Counted from the stretch's first letter, positions 50,477 through 61,284 are shown. The stretch is 64,000 nt of DNA from an uncultured Bacteroides sp. (GCA_963931635.1 OZ007034.1:2521285-2585284), one strand, 5' to 3'. The notes: generated from the sequence alone by a model not told the origin. Translations and numbers: made by a program.

Positions 50477-51809
50477 ATGCTCTCTTATGAAGGACTTTTC
50501 TTATCTGTATAGTGAATATTATCGAATATATACTATTTATGATAATCATAGAAAAGATAACACCTAATGCCCCACAATATTTACCTAAAAACAAAGACAT
50601 GGGTATATGCATTACTAATCCAATAACAGTAACGACCGTTTGTATTGTCACACAACCTATTCCATTAATCAATACGATCTGCAGGGAATCCCACGAATGG
50701 ATTATAATGTATAATGCCACACTTATTGTCATAAAGGCTGGGACAACCGCTTTGTCTCCAAACCATAGGTTATACGCAAATGGAGATACCACTACCATAA
50801 TCAATATAGCCAGACATAAAATGCCATATATCTGTACCATACGGCGGTATACATTGTTCATCCAAGCATAATCTTTTTTGGTATAAGCATCGGTAAACGC
50901 AGGCCATATAGGACCTAGAATAATATTAAACAACATCAATGCTATGCTTATATACTTATAGGCCAAATTATAAGATGTAACATCAACAGGAGAAGAGATA
51001 TTTGATATTAAAATATTTGTTGATTGATAAAGAACTATCATTTGTATTTGTATGATAAAAAAGCGAAAGCCTAAATTAAAAATATCTTTTATCAAGGAAA
51101 GATCGATGTGTTTGAAAGAAGGAGCAACTCTCTTAAGAGTTCCCTTAAAGAAAATAATAGAACTTACAATATATACTAATACCGGCAGATACGAAATGGC
51201 AAGCGCTAAATTCAGCAAAGAAGATGAGGTGAATTTTGTCAAAAAATATATTATAATCAATGCTAAAAAATTTCCTATAACAGGGAATAATGACGACAAT
51301 GCCACTTTTTGAAATGCAGCCAGCACAGATGCTATAACGTTAAAAATCATTTGAAGGCAGAAACAAGCAACAATAACCTGTACAACCTGAATCAACTGTT
51401 CATTATAATCTGGACTGACATTCAAAAAAGAACTCCAATTGATATATGGCACAATACTCTCCAAAATAACGCCGAGAGGAATAAAAATAATAATCATCAT
51501 AAAGTAAGTCGTCGAAACCAACGATTTACCCTTATCATAATTTCCTAATGCTATAGCTTCAGCAAGACGATTTTTCAAACCTAATGTAAAACCTACGTCA
51601 AAAAAACTTAGCCATAGCATAATAGATGATAATGTCAACCAAATGCCATATAATTCAGAATTGAGATAACCTAAAGTCAAGGGTACCAGCAACAATTGAA
51701 TAATTATGCTGGCACCCTTAATAATTATTGAGCCCACAATATTTTTCTTAATATTTTGTGTCCGCTCATTTCCTTTATTTAAAAAGGAAGAAATTTTACT
51801 GTATAGCAT
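50457..51809 (-). CDS. Oligosaccharide flippase (Wzx, MOP superfamily)
   Basis: 450 aa, about 12 TM helices, typical N-terminal NIKKNIVGSIIIKGASIIIQLLLVPLTLGYL. Confidence 0.85.
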   Translation of the reverse strand: MLYSKISSFLNKGNERTQNIKKNIVGSIIIKGASIIIQLLLVPLTLGYLNSELYGIWLTLSSIMLWLSFFDVGFTLGLKNRLAEAIALGNYDKGKSLVSTTYFMMIIIFIPLGVILESIVPYINWSSFLNVSPDYNEQLIQVVQVIVACFCLQMIFNVIASVLAAFQKVALSSLFPVIGNFLALIIIYFLTKFTSSSLLNLALAISYLPVLVYIVSSIIFFKGTLKRVAPSFKHIDLSLIKDIFNLGFRFFIIQIQMIVLYQSTNILISNISSPVDVTSYNLAYKYISIALMLFNIILGPIWPAFTDAYTKKDYAWMNNVYRRMVQIYGILCLAILIMVVVSPFAYNLWFGDKAVVPAFMTISVALYIIIHSWDSLQIVLINGIGCVTIQTVVTVIGLVMHIPMSLFLGKYCGALGVIFSMIIINSIYSIIFTIQIRKVLHKRAYGIWSK

Positions 51810-51865
51810 TAGTATATATACTATTCAAGAAATACCATGCTTCTTGGGGTGATATATCAAAATTT

Positions 51866-53113
51866 TCAATCTCTTCTAAAGATATCACGTGTGTATACCT
51901 TTTGCTGTACATCGTCTAAGCAATTGTCGTAACGATTGGCTATGATAGCTTGGCTTTCTTGCTTAAAAGTCTGCAAGTTATTTACGACCCGACTACCAAA
52001 AAATGTACTGCCATCTTCGAGGGTTGGCTCGTAAATGATAACTTCTGCCCCTTTTGCCTTGATACGTTTCATAACTCCCTGTATAGATGACTGACGGAAA
52101 TTATCGCTATTCGATTTCATCGTCAGTCGATATACTCCAACGATGCATTTCTTTTCGTCTTCGGGCTTGAAATCGCCTCTGTTATAATAGTCATAGTATC
52201 CGGCCATATTCAACACACGATCTGCGATAAAATCTTTCCGCGTGCGATTACTTTCAACAATGGCTTGTATCAGATTTTCGGGCACATCGGCATAATTGGC
52301 CAACAACTGTTTTGTATCTTTGGGTAAACAGTAACCTCCATAGCCAAACGATGGATTATTATATTGCATGCCTATGCGAGGATCGAGACACACACCATTG
52401 ATGATAGACCGAGTGTCTAGTCCTTTCATCTCGGCATAAGTATCCAATTCATTAAAATAGGATACTCGCAAAGCCAGATAGGTATTAGCAAAGAGTTTAA
52501 CGGCTTCGGCCTCTGTCAATCCCATGAACAAGGTATCAATATTTTGTTTGATTGCGCCTTGTTGTAGTAAAGCGGCAAAGGTGTGTGCAGCTTCATCTAA
52601 CCGGGCATCACCCTCGGGACGGCCTACTATAATGCGACTAGGGTAAAGATTATCATACAATGCCTTGCTTTCTCTCAGAAATTCCGGAGAGAAAATAATA
52701 TTTTCTGTATTTAACTTTTTACGGATACTCTCGGTATAGCCTACTGGGATGGTACTCTTAATAACCATTATAGCATGCGGATTGACCCGCATTACCAATT
52801 CAATAACTTCCTCGACATGACTTGTATCGAAATAATTCTTTACCGGGTCATAATTCGTCGGGGCTGCAATAACTACAAAATCGGCATTGCGATAGGCCGA
52901 CTCCCCATCCAAGGTTGCCACCAAGTCCAAAGGCTTTTCTGCCAAGAACTTTTCTATATAATCATCTTGAATCGGCGATTTTCTCTGATTAATAAGATTA
53001 ACTTTTTCGGGAATTATATCTACAGCCACCACATGATGATGTTGGCTCAATAGAGTGGCTATACTAAGCCCCACATAACCTGTTCCTGCAATAGCAATAT
53101 TGTATGTTTTCAT
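51866..53113 (-). CDS. ugd: UDP-glucose 6-dehydrogenase family nucleotide-sugar dehydrogenase
   Basis: 415 aa. [17 protein letters not shown] Rossmann start and catalytic [10 protein letters not shown]. Confidence 0.9.
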   Translation of the reverse strand: MKTYNIAIAGTGYVGLSIATLLSQHHHVVAVDIIPEKVNLINQRKSPIQDDYIEKFLAEKPLDLVATLDGESAYRNADFVVIAAPTNYDPVKNYFDTSHVEEVIELVMRVNPHAIMVIKSTIPVGYTESIRKKLNTENIIFSPEFLRESKALYDNLYPSRIIVGRPEGDARLDEAAHTFAALLQQGAIKQNIDTLFMGLTEAEAVKLFANTYLALRVSYFNELDTYAEMKGLDTRSIINGVCLDPRIGMQYNNPSFGYGGYCLPKDTKQLLANYADVPENLIQAIVESNRTRKDFIADRVLNMAGYYDYYNRGDFKPEDEKKCIVGVYRLTMKSNSDNFRQSSIQGVMKRIKAKGAEVIIYEPTLEDGSTFFGSRVVNNLQTFKQESQAIIANRYDNCLDDVQQKVYTRDIFRRD

Positions 53114-53141
53114 GCCAAAAAATTTTAGGAATAATCAAATA

Positions 53142-55613
53142 TTAATAATTTCCATACCCATAGTGGTAGGCGTATTTGTAACCGTAGCGACTGCCACTGT
53201 CTTGTGTACCATTGAGTATGAGTGACATGTTTTTGAGTTTATGCTCTTCGTACATGGTCTCCAACACGGGAAGCATGGAACGCTCGAGCAGAGAGGCGCG
53301 GACAACAAAGAGTGTACGGTCGGCCAGTTTCTCAATAATGGCCGTATCGGCCACTATTTCGACGGGAGGACAGTCTATGAAGATATAATCGTATTTTGGC
53401 CGTACTTTATCAATCAAGTCGCTGAAGCGCTTCTCTTCGAGCAATTCTGTGGGATTGGGGGGAATAACACCTACGGGCAGAATACTGAAACTCGACTTGT
53501 CTTTGTCCGTCACTATAATACCGTCGATATCATCGGTATATTTGGCCAAATAGTTACTTAATCCGAGTTTGGGCGAACCGATAAACGATGAAGTCGAAGC
53601 TCGGCGTAAATCGCCATCGATAACCAAAACCTTTTTACCTTTAATAGCCAGACTCTCGGCGATATTCAAGGTCAAGAATGTCTTACCGCTACCAGGGTTG
53701 AACGAAGTTACGACAATGATATTCGACTGTCGGTCTTGTGGTACGATAAATTCCAGATTGGTGCGCAATACCCGAAAAGCTTCGTTCACGACATCTCTCC
53801 TACCATCTTTAACCACCAGACGAGGAGCTTCTTCGATTTTAGATTTTGCCCCACGGTTCCAATTGACTGTGAACAACTGCAAGGCCGTGCGTTGCCCTTT
53901 TTTCTGTCTGGTATTATTCGTAGTAAATATACGTTTCAAGAGTCCTCTTGATTTTCCATCATGAGAAACCGAAAGTGGAATTTCTCCAATAAGCGGTAAC
54001 GATAACGACTCCAAATCTTTGCGACCGCGTATCTTGGTATTCATATTCTCACGAATGAAAATAATCACGACCGGTATAAGTATACCTAATGCCAACGCCA
54101 CCAAAAATATATTCTTTTTTACGGGTGAGGTGGGATACATCGGGCCGACCGGTGGTGCTATGATGCGAGTATTGTAGGCGGTGAATGCCTGAGAAAGCTC
54201 GTTCTCTTCACGTTTTTGAAGCAAGAAAAGGTACAACGATTCTTTGACTTTCTGCTGCCGCTCAACCGATAACAGATACTTGGCCTGGTCGGGATTGGCC
54301 GCAATACGCTCGATTGTCTGCTTCTCACTCTGTTGAAGCGTGTTGATTTGTGTTTCGATCGTGACGAGTTGATTGTCAATTGAAGTTATAATAGCCTCTC
54401 GCATCGAGGCCAAAGCCTTGTCGAGATCTACGACCAACGGGTTGCTCTCGCTACTGCTTGCCACCAAACTGTTACGTTGCAACAATTGGGTATTGTATTC
54501 TGCAATTTGAGATTCGATACCAGAACTTTCAACTCCGGAATTTGCCGGCAACAACGCGTTAATGTTAGCATCGTTTGTCAAATAATTCCGTATATAACGA
54601 GTCATATACAACTGATTGTTCAGCGCCAATAATTTGTCATTGATTTCACTACTCTGCGACAAATACATGCTCGATGCGCTCTGGACATCGGGTAAAAGAT
54701 GCTCACTCTTGTAAGAAGAGATATCTTCATCGACTGTACCAAGTTCCTTTTCTATTATTGCCAAACGGTCATCGATAAACATAGAGGTACTGACGGCAAT
54801 CTGATTTTTGTCTTTTACCCAATTCTCATTATATACCGAGATAATCGTATTCAGTACATCTTCGGCCCTTTGTGTCGATACATCGTTGATACTTAAACGA
54901 ATTACGGTCGATTTCTCATCTTCGAGTGAAGCCGAAAATTGTGAACTATATCTATTGACCGTAGCATAGAGCGGCACGCGTTGCACATATATTTTGGAAT
55001 CTATTCCTGTGGTATATTGAACCGACGGCATAACAGTTACCTCTCCTACGGGTGTAGAAAGAGCCACCCCCAACTTGCCCGACAACTCACCAGCTCCATT
55101 GTGTATCATTTCACCGTTACGAGCAAACTGTGTCAACGTATATGTCCCGTCAGCATGCAATTGCAAAGTGAACGAGGCCGACTCACTATCGAATAGGCCA
55201 GAAATAGTTACGTTGACAGGTAATGCGGTTCCGTAAACTACCTCTTTGTGAAAACGACCGTCAATGCTATAATTCATATCCAAATGCAACCGACGAACAA
55301 CTTCGGTCATCACCGAGGGCGATTGCAAAGCCACCAATTCGTTGTTGACATTGGTATTGCTTTGAAAAAGGCCCAATTCGGAAAATCCAATATCACTCGA
55401 CATTGATTTTCCCTGTGACTCATCTTTGATGAGAATCATTGCCGAGCGGGTGAATACCTGTGGCGTTTTCAGCAGATATATTGCTGCTACACCCATGGTT
55501 ACAATCAAAGAAATGAGAAACCAATACCACTTAGAAAGGCACAAATAAAACAAATCCTGGATTCTGATGAAATCGTCGGTTTTATCTTGTTGTAATTTTT
55601 TTTCAACAGCCAT
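53142..55613 (-). CDS. Polysaccharide co-polymerase / tyrosine autokinase (Wzc/GumC-like)
   Basis: 823 aa. Wzz-like periplasmic coiled-coil domain flanked by 2 TM helices. Walker A reads VVTSFNPGSGKTFLTLNIA. Tyr-rich tail GSRYGYKYAYHYGYGNY. Confidence 0.9.
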   Translation of the reverse strand: MAVEKKLQQDKTDDFIRIQDLFYLCLSKWYWFLISLIVTMGVAAIYLLKTPQVFTRSAMILIKDESQGKSMSSDIGFSELGLFQSNTNVNNELVALQSPSVMTEVVRRLHLDMNYSIDGRFHKEVVYGTALPVNVTISGLFDSESASFTLQLHADGTYTLTQFARNGEMIHNGAGELSGKLGVALSTPVGEVTVMPSVQYTTGIDSKIYVQRVPLYATVNRYSSQFSASLEDEKSTVIRLSINDVSTQRAEDVLNTIISVYNENWVKDKNQIAVSTSMFIDDRLAIIEKELGTVDEDISSYKSEHLLPDVQSASSMYLSQSSEINDKLLALNNQLYMTRYIRNYLTNDANINALLPANSGVESSGIESQIAEYNTQLLQRNSLVASSSESNPLVVDLDKALASMREAIITSIDNQLVTIETQINTLQQSEKQTIERIAANPDQAKYLLSVERQQKVKESLYLFLLQKREENELSQAFTAYNTRIIAPPVGPMYPTSPVKKNIFLVALALGILIPVVIIFIRENMNTKIRGRKDLESLSLPLIGEIPLSVSHDGKSRGLLKRIFTTNNTRQKKGQRTALQLFTVNWNRGAKSKIEEAPRLVVKDGRRDVVNEAFRVLRTNLEFIVPQDRQSNIIVVTSFNPGSGKTFLTLNIAESLAIKGKKVLVIDGDLRRASTSSFIGSPKLGLSNYLAKYTDDIDGIIVTDKDKSSFSILPVGVIPPNPTELLEEKRFSDLIDKVRPKYDYIFIDCPPVEIVADTAIIEKLADRTLFVVRASLLERSMLPVLETMYEEHKLKNMSLILNGTQDSGSRYGYKYAYHYGYGNY

Positions 55614-55639
55614 TACTATATATTTTCGTTATCAAATTA

Positions 55640-56437
55640 TCAATTAAAAATAAGTACGGCAATAGTCGTGAGAAGCGATGCCAATGATAACCAGAAAGAG
55701 GTAGATCGTACATTGTTGCCATTAACAGTAGATTGTCGTGATTTTGTATCGTTGGGTTCCACATATACCACATCGTTCTGCTGTAAATAATAGGCAGGAG
55801 AAGTATACAACTGATCGGCCGAACCCAGATTTACAGCATAAACTTTCTGTGCTCCATCTTCTTGCCGCAATACCAAAATATTATCTCTGCGTCCGTAAAT
55901 AGTGAGATCGCCAGCCATACTCAACACTTCAAGTATCGACATTTTATCTTTGTCGATACTGTACCGACCGGGAGAGTTAACCTCCCCCATCACCGATACA
56001 GTCAGATTCATAAACTCAACCGTTACCACAGGATCATTTACCAGATTTTTAGTTATCAATTCATTCTTGATGAATGCAGCCACCTCGGTGCGACTTTTAC
56101 CGGCAATATGAATCTTACCTAATACGGGAAAATCGATATTACCATCGGCATCAACAGTATAACCAGAAATACCTTGGGATGAACCCGATGATCCAACTGT
56201 TCCTATTTGACGAGCCACATAAGGGAGGTTAAACAGTTCCACCAACTGGGGATTTTTACTATTGACCAAAATGGATATCTTATCTTCGGGCTGAATTTTT
56301 ATTTCAAGAGGAACTGCCACTTCTTGCGTACTGACACCGGGTGTCAAATCTTGGAAATAAGCAATTTTCCTGTGTGTAGCACAAGATGTAACACCCACCA
56401 TAAGGACGAGAGTAAAGAATAGAATCTTGAATTTCAT
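55640..56437 (-). CDS. Polysaccharide export outer-membrane lipoprotein (Wza/BexD family)
   Basis: 265 aa. Lipobox VGVTSC. Poly_export + SLBB pattern (IQPEDKISILV...VDADGNIDFPVLGKIHIAGKSRTEV...VSVMGEVNSPGRY). Confidence 0.88.
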   Translation of the reverse strand: MKFKILFFTLVLMVGVTSCATHRKIAYFQDLTPGVSTQEVAVPLEIKIQPEDKISILVNSKNPQLVELFNLPYVARQIGTVGSSGSSQGISGYTVDADGNIDFPVLGKIHIAGKSRTEVAAFIKNELITKNLVNDPVVTVEFMNLTVSVMGEVNSPGRYSIDKDKMSILEVLSMAGDLTIYGRRDNILVLRQEDGAQKVYAVNLGSADQLYTSPAYYLQQNDVVYVEPNDTKSRQSTVNGNNVRSTSFWLSLASLLTTIAVLIFN

Positions 56438-56442
56438 AATAT

Positions 56443-57573
56443 TTAAGCAGATTTTACTGTTGCATTTTTCATTGAGTTATGACGTTTGATTTGTTTGGTA
56501 AGCCAAACGTTTGTTACTATCCAAATAAGTAAATCCAATCCTAATAAAATATTCACATTAACATATACCGATAACACAATATTACACAAACTGAATACCA
56601 GTGAAACAAACAATATTGTAATCATGGCCCAATGTTGTTTCATGCCCAATGCCAATAATTTGTGATGAATATGACTTTTATCGGGCATAAAAGGATTTTT
56701 ACCGTTCCGGATACGATGAAGGAACACACGCACAACATCGAAACAAGGTACCAACATGGGTGCAAACGCCAATACTATGGAATTAGGTAGATCGGTGCCC
56801 TCATATTGGTAACTTTGTGAGAGAATTATTCCCAAGAAACACAGCATCATGCCAATCGTCAAGCTACCGGTATCACCCATAAATATTTTACGACCTCGCT
56901 CGGCATTACCGAAAACATTATAGTAAAAAAACGGAACAAGAACACCTAATGTGGCAAATGACAGCATTGCGTAGACATACATACGCAAGGAAAAGAACGC
57001 CAAGCCATATATAATCAACGCTACACTGCATAAGCCAGACGCCAACCCGTCAATGCCATCAATAAGGTTAATGGCATTGATAACAAAAACAACTACTAAT
57101 ACGGTAAAAGGATAGGCCACCCATACCGGGAGGGTATAAATACCTAAAACGCCATGTAAATTTTCTATCCATACCCCTCCGGCAATGAGCATGATGCCAC
57201 ATAGTATTTGTATAACGAACTTTGCTCGGTAGCGTATGCCTATAAGATCATCGGCCATTCCCACCAAGTACAAAACCATAATCGTACAGAAACCAAAAGC
57301 CAACGCTCTCACATCTTTTTCAAAGGCTTCTAAGATTTCTAAATGACCTGCAACTATATTTACACCCAAAAGTAAAGCGACAGAGAAAAAAACTACCGGT
57401 TTAAATGCTATTCCACCCAGACGAGGGACGATTGATGTGTGAATCTTTCGTTCATCCGGAACATCAAAAAGTCTCTTTCTAAATGCAATGAGTAATATTT
57501 TAGGAATAATTATTCCGGCAAAAAGCACACACAAGACAAATACTACGCAAGTATTGAAAATCCAGATACTCAT
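56443..57573 (-). CDS. Polyprenyl-phosphate N-acetylhexosamine-1-phosphate transferase (WecA/WbpL-like, MraY family); initiating transferase
   Basis: 376 aa, polytopic. DVPDERKIHTSIVPRLGG, MADDLIGIRY, NAINLIDGIDGLASG and IHHKLL. Confidence 0.85.
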   Translation of the reverse strand: MSIWIFNTCVVFVLCVLFAGIIIPKILLIAFRKRLFDVPDERKIHTSIVPRLGGIAFKPVVFFSVALLLGVNIVAGHLEILEAFEKDVRALAFGFCTIMVLYLVGMADDLIGIRYRAKFVIQILCGIMLIAGGVWIENLHGVLGIYTLPVWVAYPFTVLVVVFVINAINLIDGIDGLASGLCSVALIIYGLAFFSLRMYVYAMLSFATLGVLVPFFYYNVFGNAERGRKIFMGDTGSLTIGMMLCFLGIILSQSYQYEGTDLPNSIVLAFAPMLVPCFDVVRVFLHRIRNGKNPFMPDKSHIHHKLLALGMKQHWAMITILFVSLVFSLCNIVLSVYVNVNILLGLDLLIWIVTNVWLTKQIKRHNSMKNATVKSA

Positions 57574-57626
57574 ATCTTATTAAGTTGATGTTTTTTATTA
57601 CGTTACAACATGAAAAACGATGCTTC

Positions 57627-58223
57627 TCAAGACTCATCAGGTAACACTTCAATCAAATCGGGAGAAATCTCAGCCATAGCTACAGCTGCAATATCGCCTA
57701 TGCGGATAACCACTCTCCTATTCCGTATTCCTTTGATCTTCATAAAAATACCAACCACGCCATCGAACAATCCGCCCACTACACGTACTCGAGAGCCTTT
57801 TTTCAAATCAATTTCTTCTGGTTTCAGATAAATTAATTTTTCATTCCGATGTTTTGTTACGGCTATAAACTGCTCCATATCTCCATCGGGCACAATTATC
57901 GGTAAATTTTTCCCATCTTCACGACGTACACAATACTGCAAAATAGCTATCTCCTTCTTTACATCCCTCATGATATGAGGAGTAGTATGCACAAAAATCA
58001 AATTGTGAACCGACGGTACAAATTCTCTCGATTTTGTACCGTTTCTTTTCACAACCACCCGATACGACATGGGGATAAAACTTTCTATATCACGAGCCTT
58101 CAGTAAACGATCAGCTTCCATCTCTCGACAAAAAGGGGCCCTCATAGCGAACCAAATCTCTTTATCTTTGTTTTGTGTTATAGAAGTATCTGCCCTCATA
58201 TCCACCATTCCATTCGTAAACAT
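57627..58223 (-). CDS. UpxY-family (NusG-like) capsule-operon transcription antiterminator
   Basis: 198 aa. WFAMRAPFCREMEADRLLKARDIESFIPMSY...VPSVHNLIFVHT (NGN domain) plus C-terminal KOW-like GSRVRVVGGLFDGVVGIF. It is the first gene of the locus. Confidence 0.85.
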   Translation of the reverse strand: MFTNGMVDMRADTSITQNKDKEIWFAMRAPFCREMEADRLLKARDIESFIPMSYRVVVKRNGTKSREFVPSVHNLIFVHTTPHIMRDVKKEIAILQYCVRREDGKNLPIIVPDGDMEQFIAVTKHRNEKLIYLKPEEIDLKKGSRVRVVGGLFDGVVGIFMKIKGIRNRRVVIRIGDIAAVAMAEISPDLIEVLPDES

Positions 58224-58332
58224 ACCTCTGGCTCCCTAAATATTCGATATATATCTATTATTCAGGTATTTATAAACTCAAAAACTTATATTCTTCTTAT
58301 GACTCTTGCAATAAGACCTCAAAGAATTTTTG

Positions 58333-58340
58333 CAAATATA
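58333..58340 (-). promoter_or_regulatory. -7 box (TAnnTTTG) in the AT-rich leader upstream of upxY
   Basis: Plus strand reads caaatata, which is TATATTTG on the minus strand, about 110 nt upstream of the ATG at 58223. Confidence 0.4.
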
Positions 58341-58655
58341 GCTATAAAAAATAAAAAGAACAAACTAATTACATATATATTATATATTTTCAAAATATCT
58401 ATCGGTTATCTAATTTGTTTTTAGCTAAATAAGAAGATTATTGCATCTAAAAAAATTTTACATGAGACTATTTCCTTATTCATCAATATAATTAATATAA
58501 ATAAAACTTTGTCAATAAAAATATACTCAATAGGACTTGTTTTACATGATTTTTAAGGATTCTGCAATGTACAAAGTGTTTTTCTTTTTGGTAATTGAGA
58601 TAGATATAATTTCGTTTAATTCAGATCACACTACTTAGAGCACGCACGCTGCAGA

Positions 58656-59402
58656 TTATCGAGGGCGGCGGAACTCGGCACACACGACGGCCGTGGCCAC
58701 AGCCACATTGAGCGACTCCGATGTGGTGCGACCTTCGGGGTAGCTCGGGAGGAAAAGCCGGTGGGTAACGCACTTTCTTATCTCGGGAGAGATGCCGTTG
58801 CCTTCGTTTCCCATAACGATGATTCCTGCCGACGACAATTCCTGCCCGTAGATATTCTCTCCGTCAAGAAATGTACCATATACGGGGCCCGAAATGTGGC
58901 GGAAGGTCTCTTCCAAATCTACATAATGCACCTCGACACGAGAAAGGGCACCCATTGTGGCCTGTACAACCTTTGGGTTGTACAGGTCGGCACAAAGGGG
59001 CGAACAGAGAATGTGTTCAATACCATACCAGTCGGCAATACGCACAATGGTACCCAGATTTCCGGGGTCCTGCACCGTATCGAGAGCCAGTACCAGTTGC
59101 TGAGACAAGACACCGGTTTCCAACTCATACTGCGGTATTTCATACACGGCGAGTACCTCCTGCGGCGAACGCAGCAATGATGCCCGGGCTATCTCCTCGG
59201 CATTGCACTCGACAATCTCTCCGGCACGTACCGCTGGGTGACTTTCCAGCCACCCGGGGGTGGCAACCAGCATACGGCAGGTAAATGCCGACACGGTATC
59301 CTCGACCAGTTTGTTGCCTTCGGCCAGAAAACACCCGCTCTCAACTCTTGCTTTCTTGCGTTCGAGCGACTGTATGAATTTTATCTTGTTCTTACTCAAC
59401 AT
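58656..59402 (-). CDS. SpoU/TrmH-family RNA 2'-O-methyltransferase
   Basis: 248 aa. LDTVQDPGNLGTIVRIADWYG, VMGNEGNGIS and ESLNVAVATAVV (SPOUT motifs). Confidence 0.85.
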   Translation of the reverse strand: MLSKNKIKFIQSLERKKARVESGCFLAEGNKLVEDTVSAFTCRMLVATPGWLESHPAVRAGEIVECNAEEIARASLLRSPQEVLAVYEIPQYELETGVLSQQLVLALDTVQDPGNLGTIVRIADWYGIEHILCSPLCADLYNPKVVQATMGALSRVEVHYVDLEETFRHISGPVYGTFLDGENIYGQELSSAGIIVMGNEGNGISPEIRKCVTHRLFLPSYPEGRTTSESLNVAVATAVVCAEFRRPR

Positions 59403-59424
59403 CGGCCTTTTCCTTAATGAAGGG

Positions 59425-60600
59425 TTACATACAGGCTATCTCGTAGATACGACGACTATCGTCGCGCGTAAGGGGATAATATGCACCCACCTTTTCACCC
59501 TTGTTACAATGCAATTTCTCCACGAGCAAAGTTATATCGGGAGTTTCTATCCCCAACTGGGTAAAATTGGTTGGCATACCAATGGATGTAAAGAATGTTT
59601 TCAGCCGAGAAACACCTTCCAATGCCGTCTCTTGCAATGAGTTGCCAGGTTTAACGTCCCATACCCGCTCGGCAAACTGGCAGACTTTTCCGGGGTGATG
59701 CTCGGCCATAAATGTCAACCAAGCCGGAAAGATAACTGCCAGTCCTGCACCATGCGCCACATTATATACGGCACTTACTTCATGCTCCATAAAATGCGAT
59801 GACCAATCTTCCTCACGGCCCACACCGCATATACCGTTGTGGGCAATGGTACCACTCCACATAAGATTGGCACGAGCGTCATAATCATCGGGTTTCTGCA
59901 TCACAATAGCGGCTTCTTTAATGATTGCTTTCAATGCACCTTCGCACAAACGATCGGTAATTTCCACTCCGGCTGTATTGGAAAAATAACGTTCCATAAT
60001 GTGTGCCATCATGTCGACAATGCCGCAAGCCGTCTGATAGGGTGATAATGTAAACGTTATCTCCGGATTCATCACTGCAAATACAGGACGCAGGGCATCG
60101 GGGGTGCGCAGGCTGAGCTTTTGCAACCCGTCGAGGCGGGTTATCACGCTGTTGCCCGAGCCTTCACTGCCGGCGGCGGGAATTGTCAGTACCACGCCTA
60201 CCTTCAACGCTTTCTTCACAATGGATTTTCCAGCAAAGAAATCCCAAAAATCGCCTTGATAGGGTACACCTGCCGCAATGGCTTTGGCCGTGTCGATGAC
60301 CGAACCGCCACCTACGGCCAACAACATATCAACGGCCTCTTCACGACAAATGTCGATACCTTCGTACACCTTCGGGTCGGTAGGATTGGGTTGAACGCCT
60401 CCCAATTCGACATAAGGTATTGCTGCTTCCTGCAAGACCTGCTCTACCCGATGCAACAGTCCGCTTCGCACAACCGAACCGCCTCCATAAACAATCAGCA
60501 CCTTGGTGGCACCATATTTCTGACACAAAATTCCTGTTTTACTTTCTGTGTTTTTACCAAAGACAAACTCGGTAGGACTGTGAAAAGAGAAGTTATTCAT
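59425..60600 (-). CDS. Iron-containing (group III) alcohol dehydrogenase, YqhD/butanol dehydrogenase-like
   Basis: The ATG at 60600 gives MNNFSFHSPTEFVFGKNTE, then VYGGGSV, GGGSVIDTAKAIA and AHGAGLAVIFPAW. The ORF-track start at 60624 is a TTG. Confidence 0.9.
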   Translation of the reverse strand: MNNFSFHSPTEFVFGKNTESKTGILCQKYGATKVLIVYGGGSVVRSGLLHRVEQVLQEAAIPYVELGGVQPNPTDPKVYEGIDICREEAVDMLLAVGGGSVIDTAKAIAAGVPYQGDFWDFFAGKSIVKKALKVGVVLTIPAAGSEGSGNSVITRLDGLQKLSLRTPDALRPVFAVMNPEITFTLSPYQTACGIVDMMAHIMERYFSNTAGVEITDRLCEGALKAIIKEAAIVMQKPDDYDARANLMWSGTIAHNGICGVGREEDWSSHFMEHEVSAVYNVAHGAGLAVIFPAWLTFMAEHHPGKVCQFAERVWDVKPGNSLQETALEGVSRLKTFFTSIGMPTNFTQLGIETPDITLLVEKLHCNKGEKVGAYYPLTRDDSRRIYEIACM

Positions 60601-60810
60601 AAGAATCTCATTTAATTTTGACAAACCACAAAGGAAATGTACTTGCCAGTATCCTGGAATGATATCGCATACGGCAATCCGGAACTCGACTCCATACTTT
60701 TCCTATGAAGCAAATATCGGTATTTATTTTCCCGTTCGATAAATTTTAATATCCTTTTTCTCATTTTTAACGTAATCAATAATCCTCTAAGAATTATCAG
60801 GTCTATTAAT

Positions 60811-61284
60811 ATGTCACCGATTTTTATATTTAATTTGCAGCAAATTTCCCAAACAACAATGACATTCGGAGTATCTCGAAACACGCTTCTTCTCACAGCC
60901 GGCCTGGTATGGCTCATTGCCGGGGTCAACATCTTGCGCATTGGTATCGGCTGCTGGCTCGGCACAACACAATACTGGATATACAAGATACTGGAAGCGA
61001 CGGCAGTCTTTGTATTCTTCTTCGGGTTTATCTTCAACCGTCTTTTCTTGAAACACACCCAACGCATCGCGCATAAAAAAGAGAAGAACTGCCCTTTTGC
61101 CTTTTTCGATGTCAAAGGGTGGATAATGATGACGGCCATGATAACAATGGGTATTGTCATCAGGAGACAGGCTTTGCTACCCGACATTTTCATTGCCGTC
61201 TTCTATACAGGGCTTTCGCTGGCACTGGCCATTACCGGAGTGCGGTTTATACTTTATTGGTGCAAACACCGAAACGACCGATAA
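60811..61284 (+). CDS. Small integral membrane protein (4 predicted TM helices), unknown function
   Basis: 157 aa (141 aa if the ATG at 60859 is used). Hydrophobic segments LLLTAGLVWLIAGVNILRIGIGCW, ATAVFVFFFGFIF, WIMMTAMITMGIVI and IFIAVFYTGLSLALAITGV. I prefer it over the overlapping minus-strand ORF. Confidence 0.55.
   Translation: MSPIFIFNLQQISQTTMTFGVSRNTLLLTAGLVWLIAGVNILRIGIGCWLGTTQYWIYKILEATAVFVFFFGFIFNRLFLKHTQRIAHKKEKNCPFAFFDVKGWIMMTAMITMGIVIRRQALLPDIFIAVFYTGLSLALAITGVRFILYWCKHRNDR

Noticed and set aside
51810-51823. 14-nt perfect palindrome tagtatatatacta just upstream of wzx
   Set aside because: It is a pure TA-repeat palindrome in about 25-30% GC DNA, which is expected by chance.
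60612-61193. 193-aa minus-strand ORF overlapping the small membrane-protein gene
   Set aside because: The translation is basic, low-complexity and not protein-like. The plus-strand ORF gives four clean TM helices.
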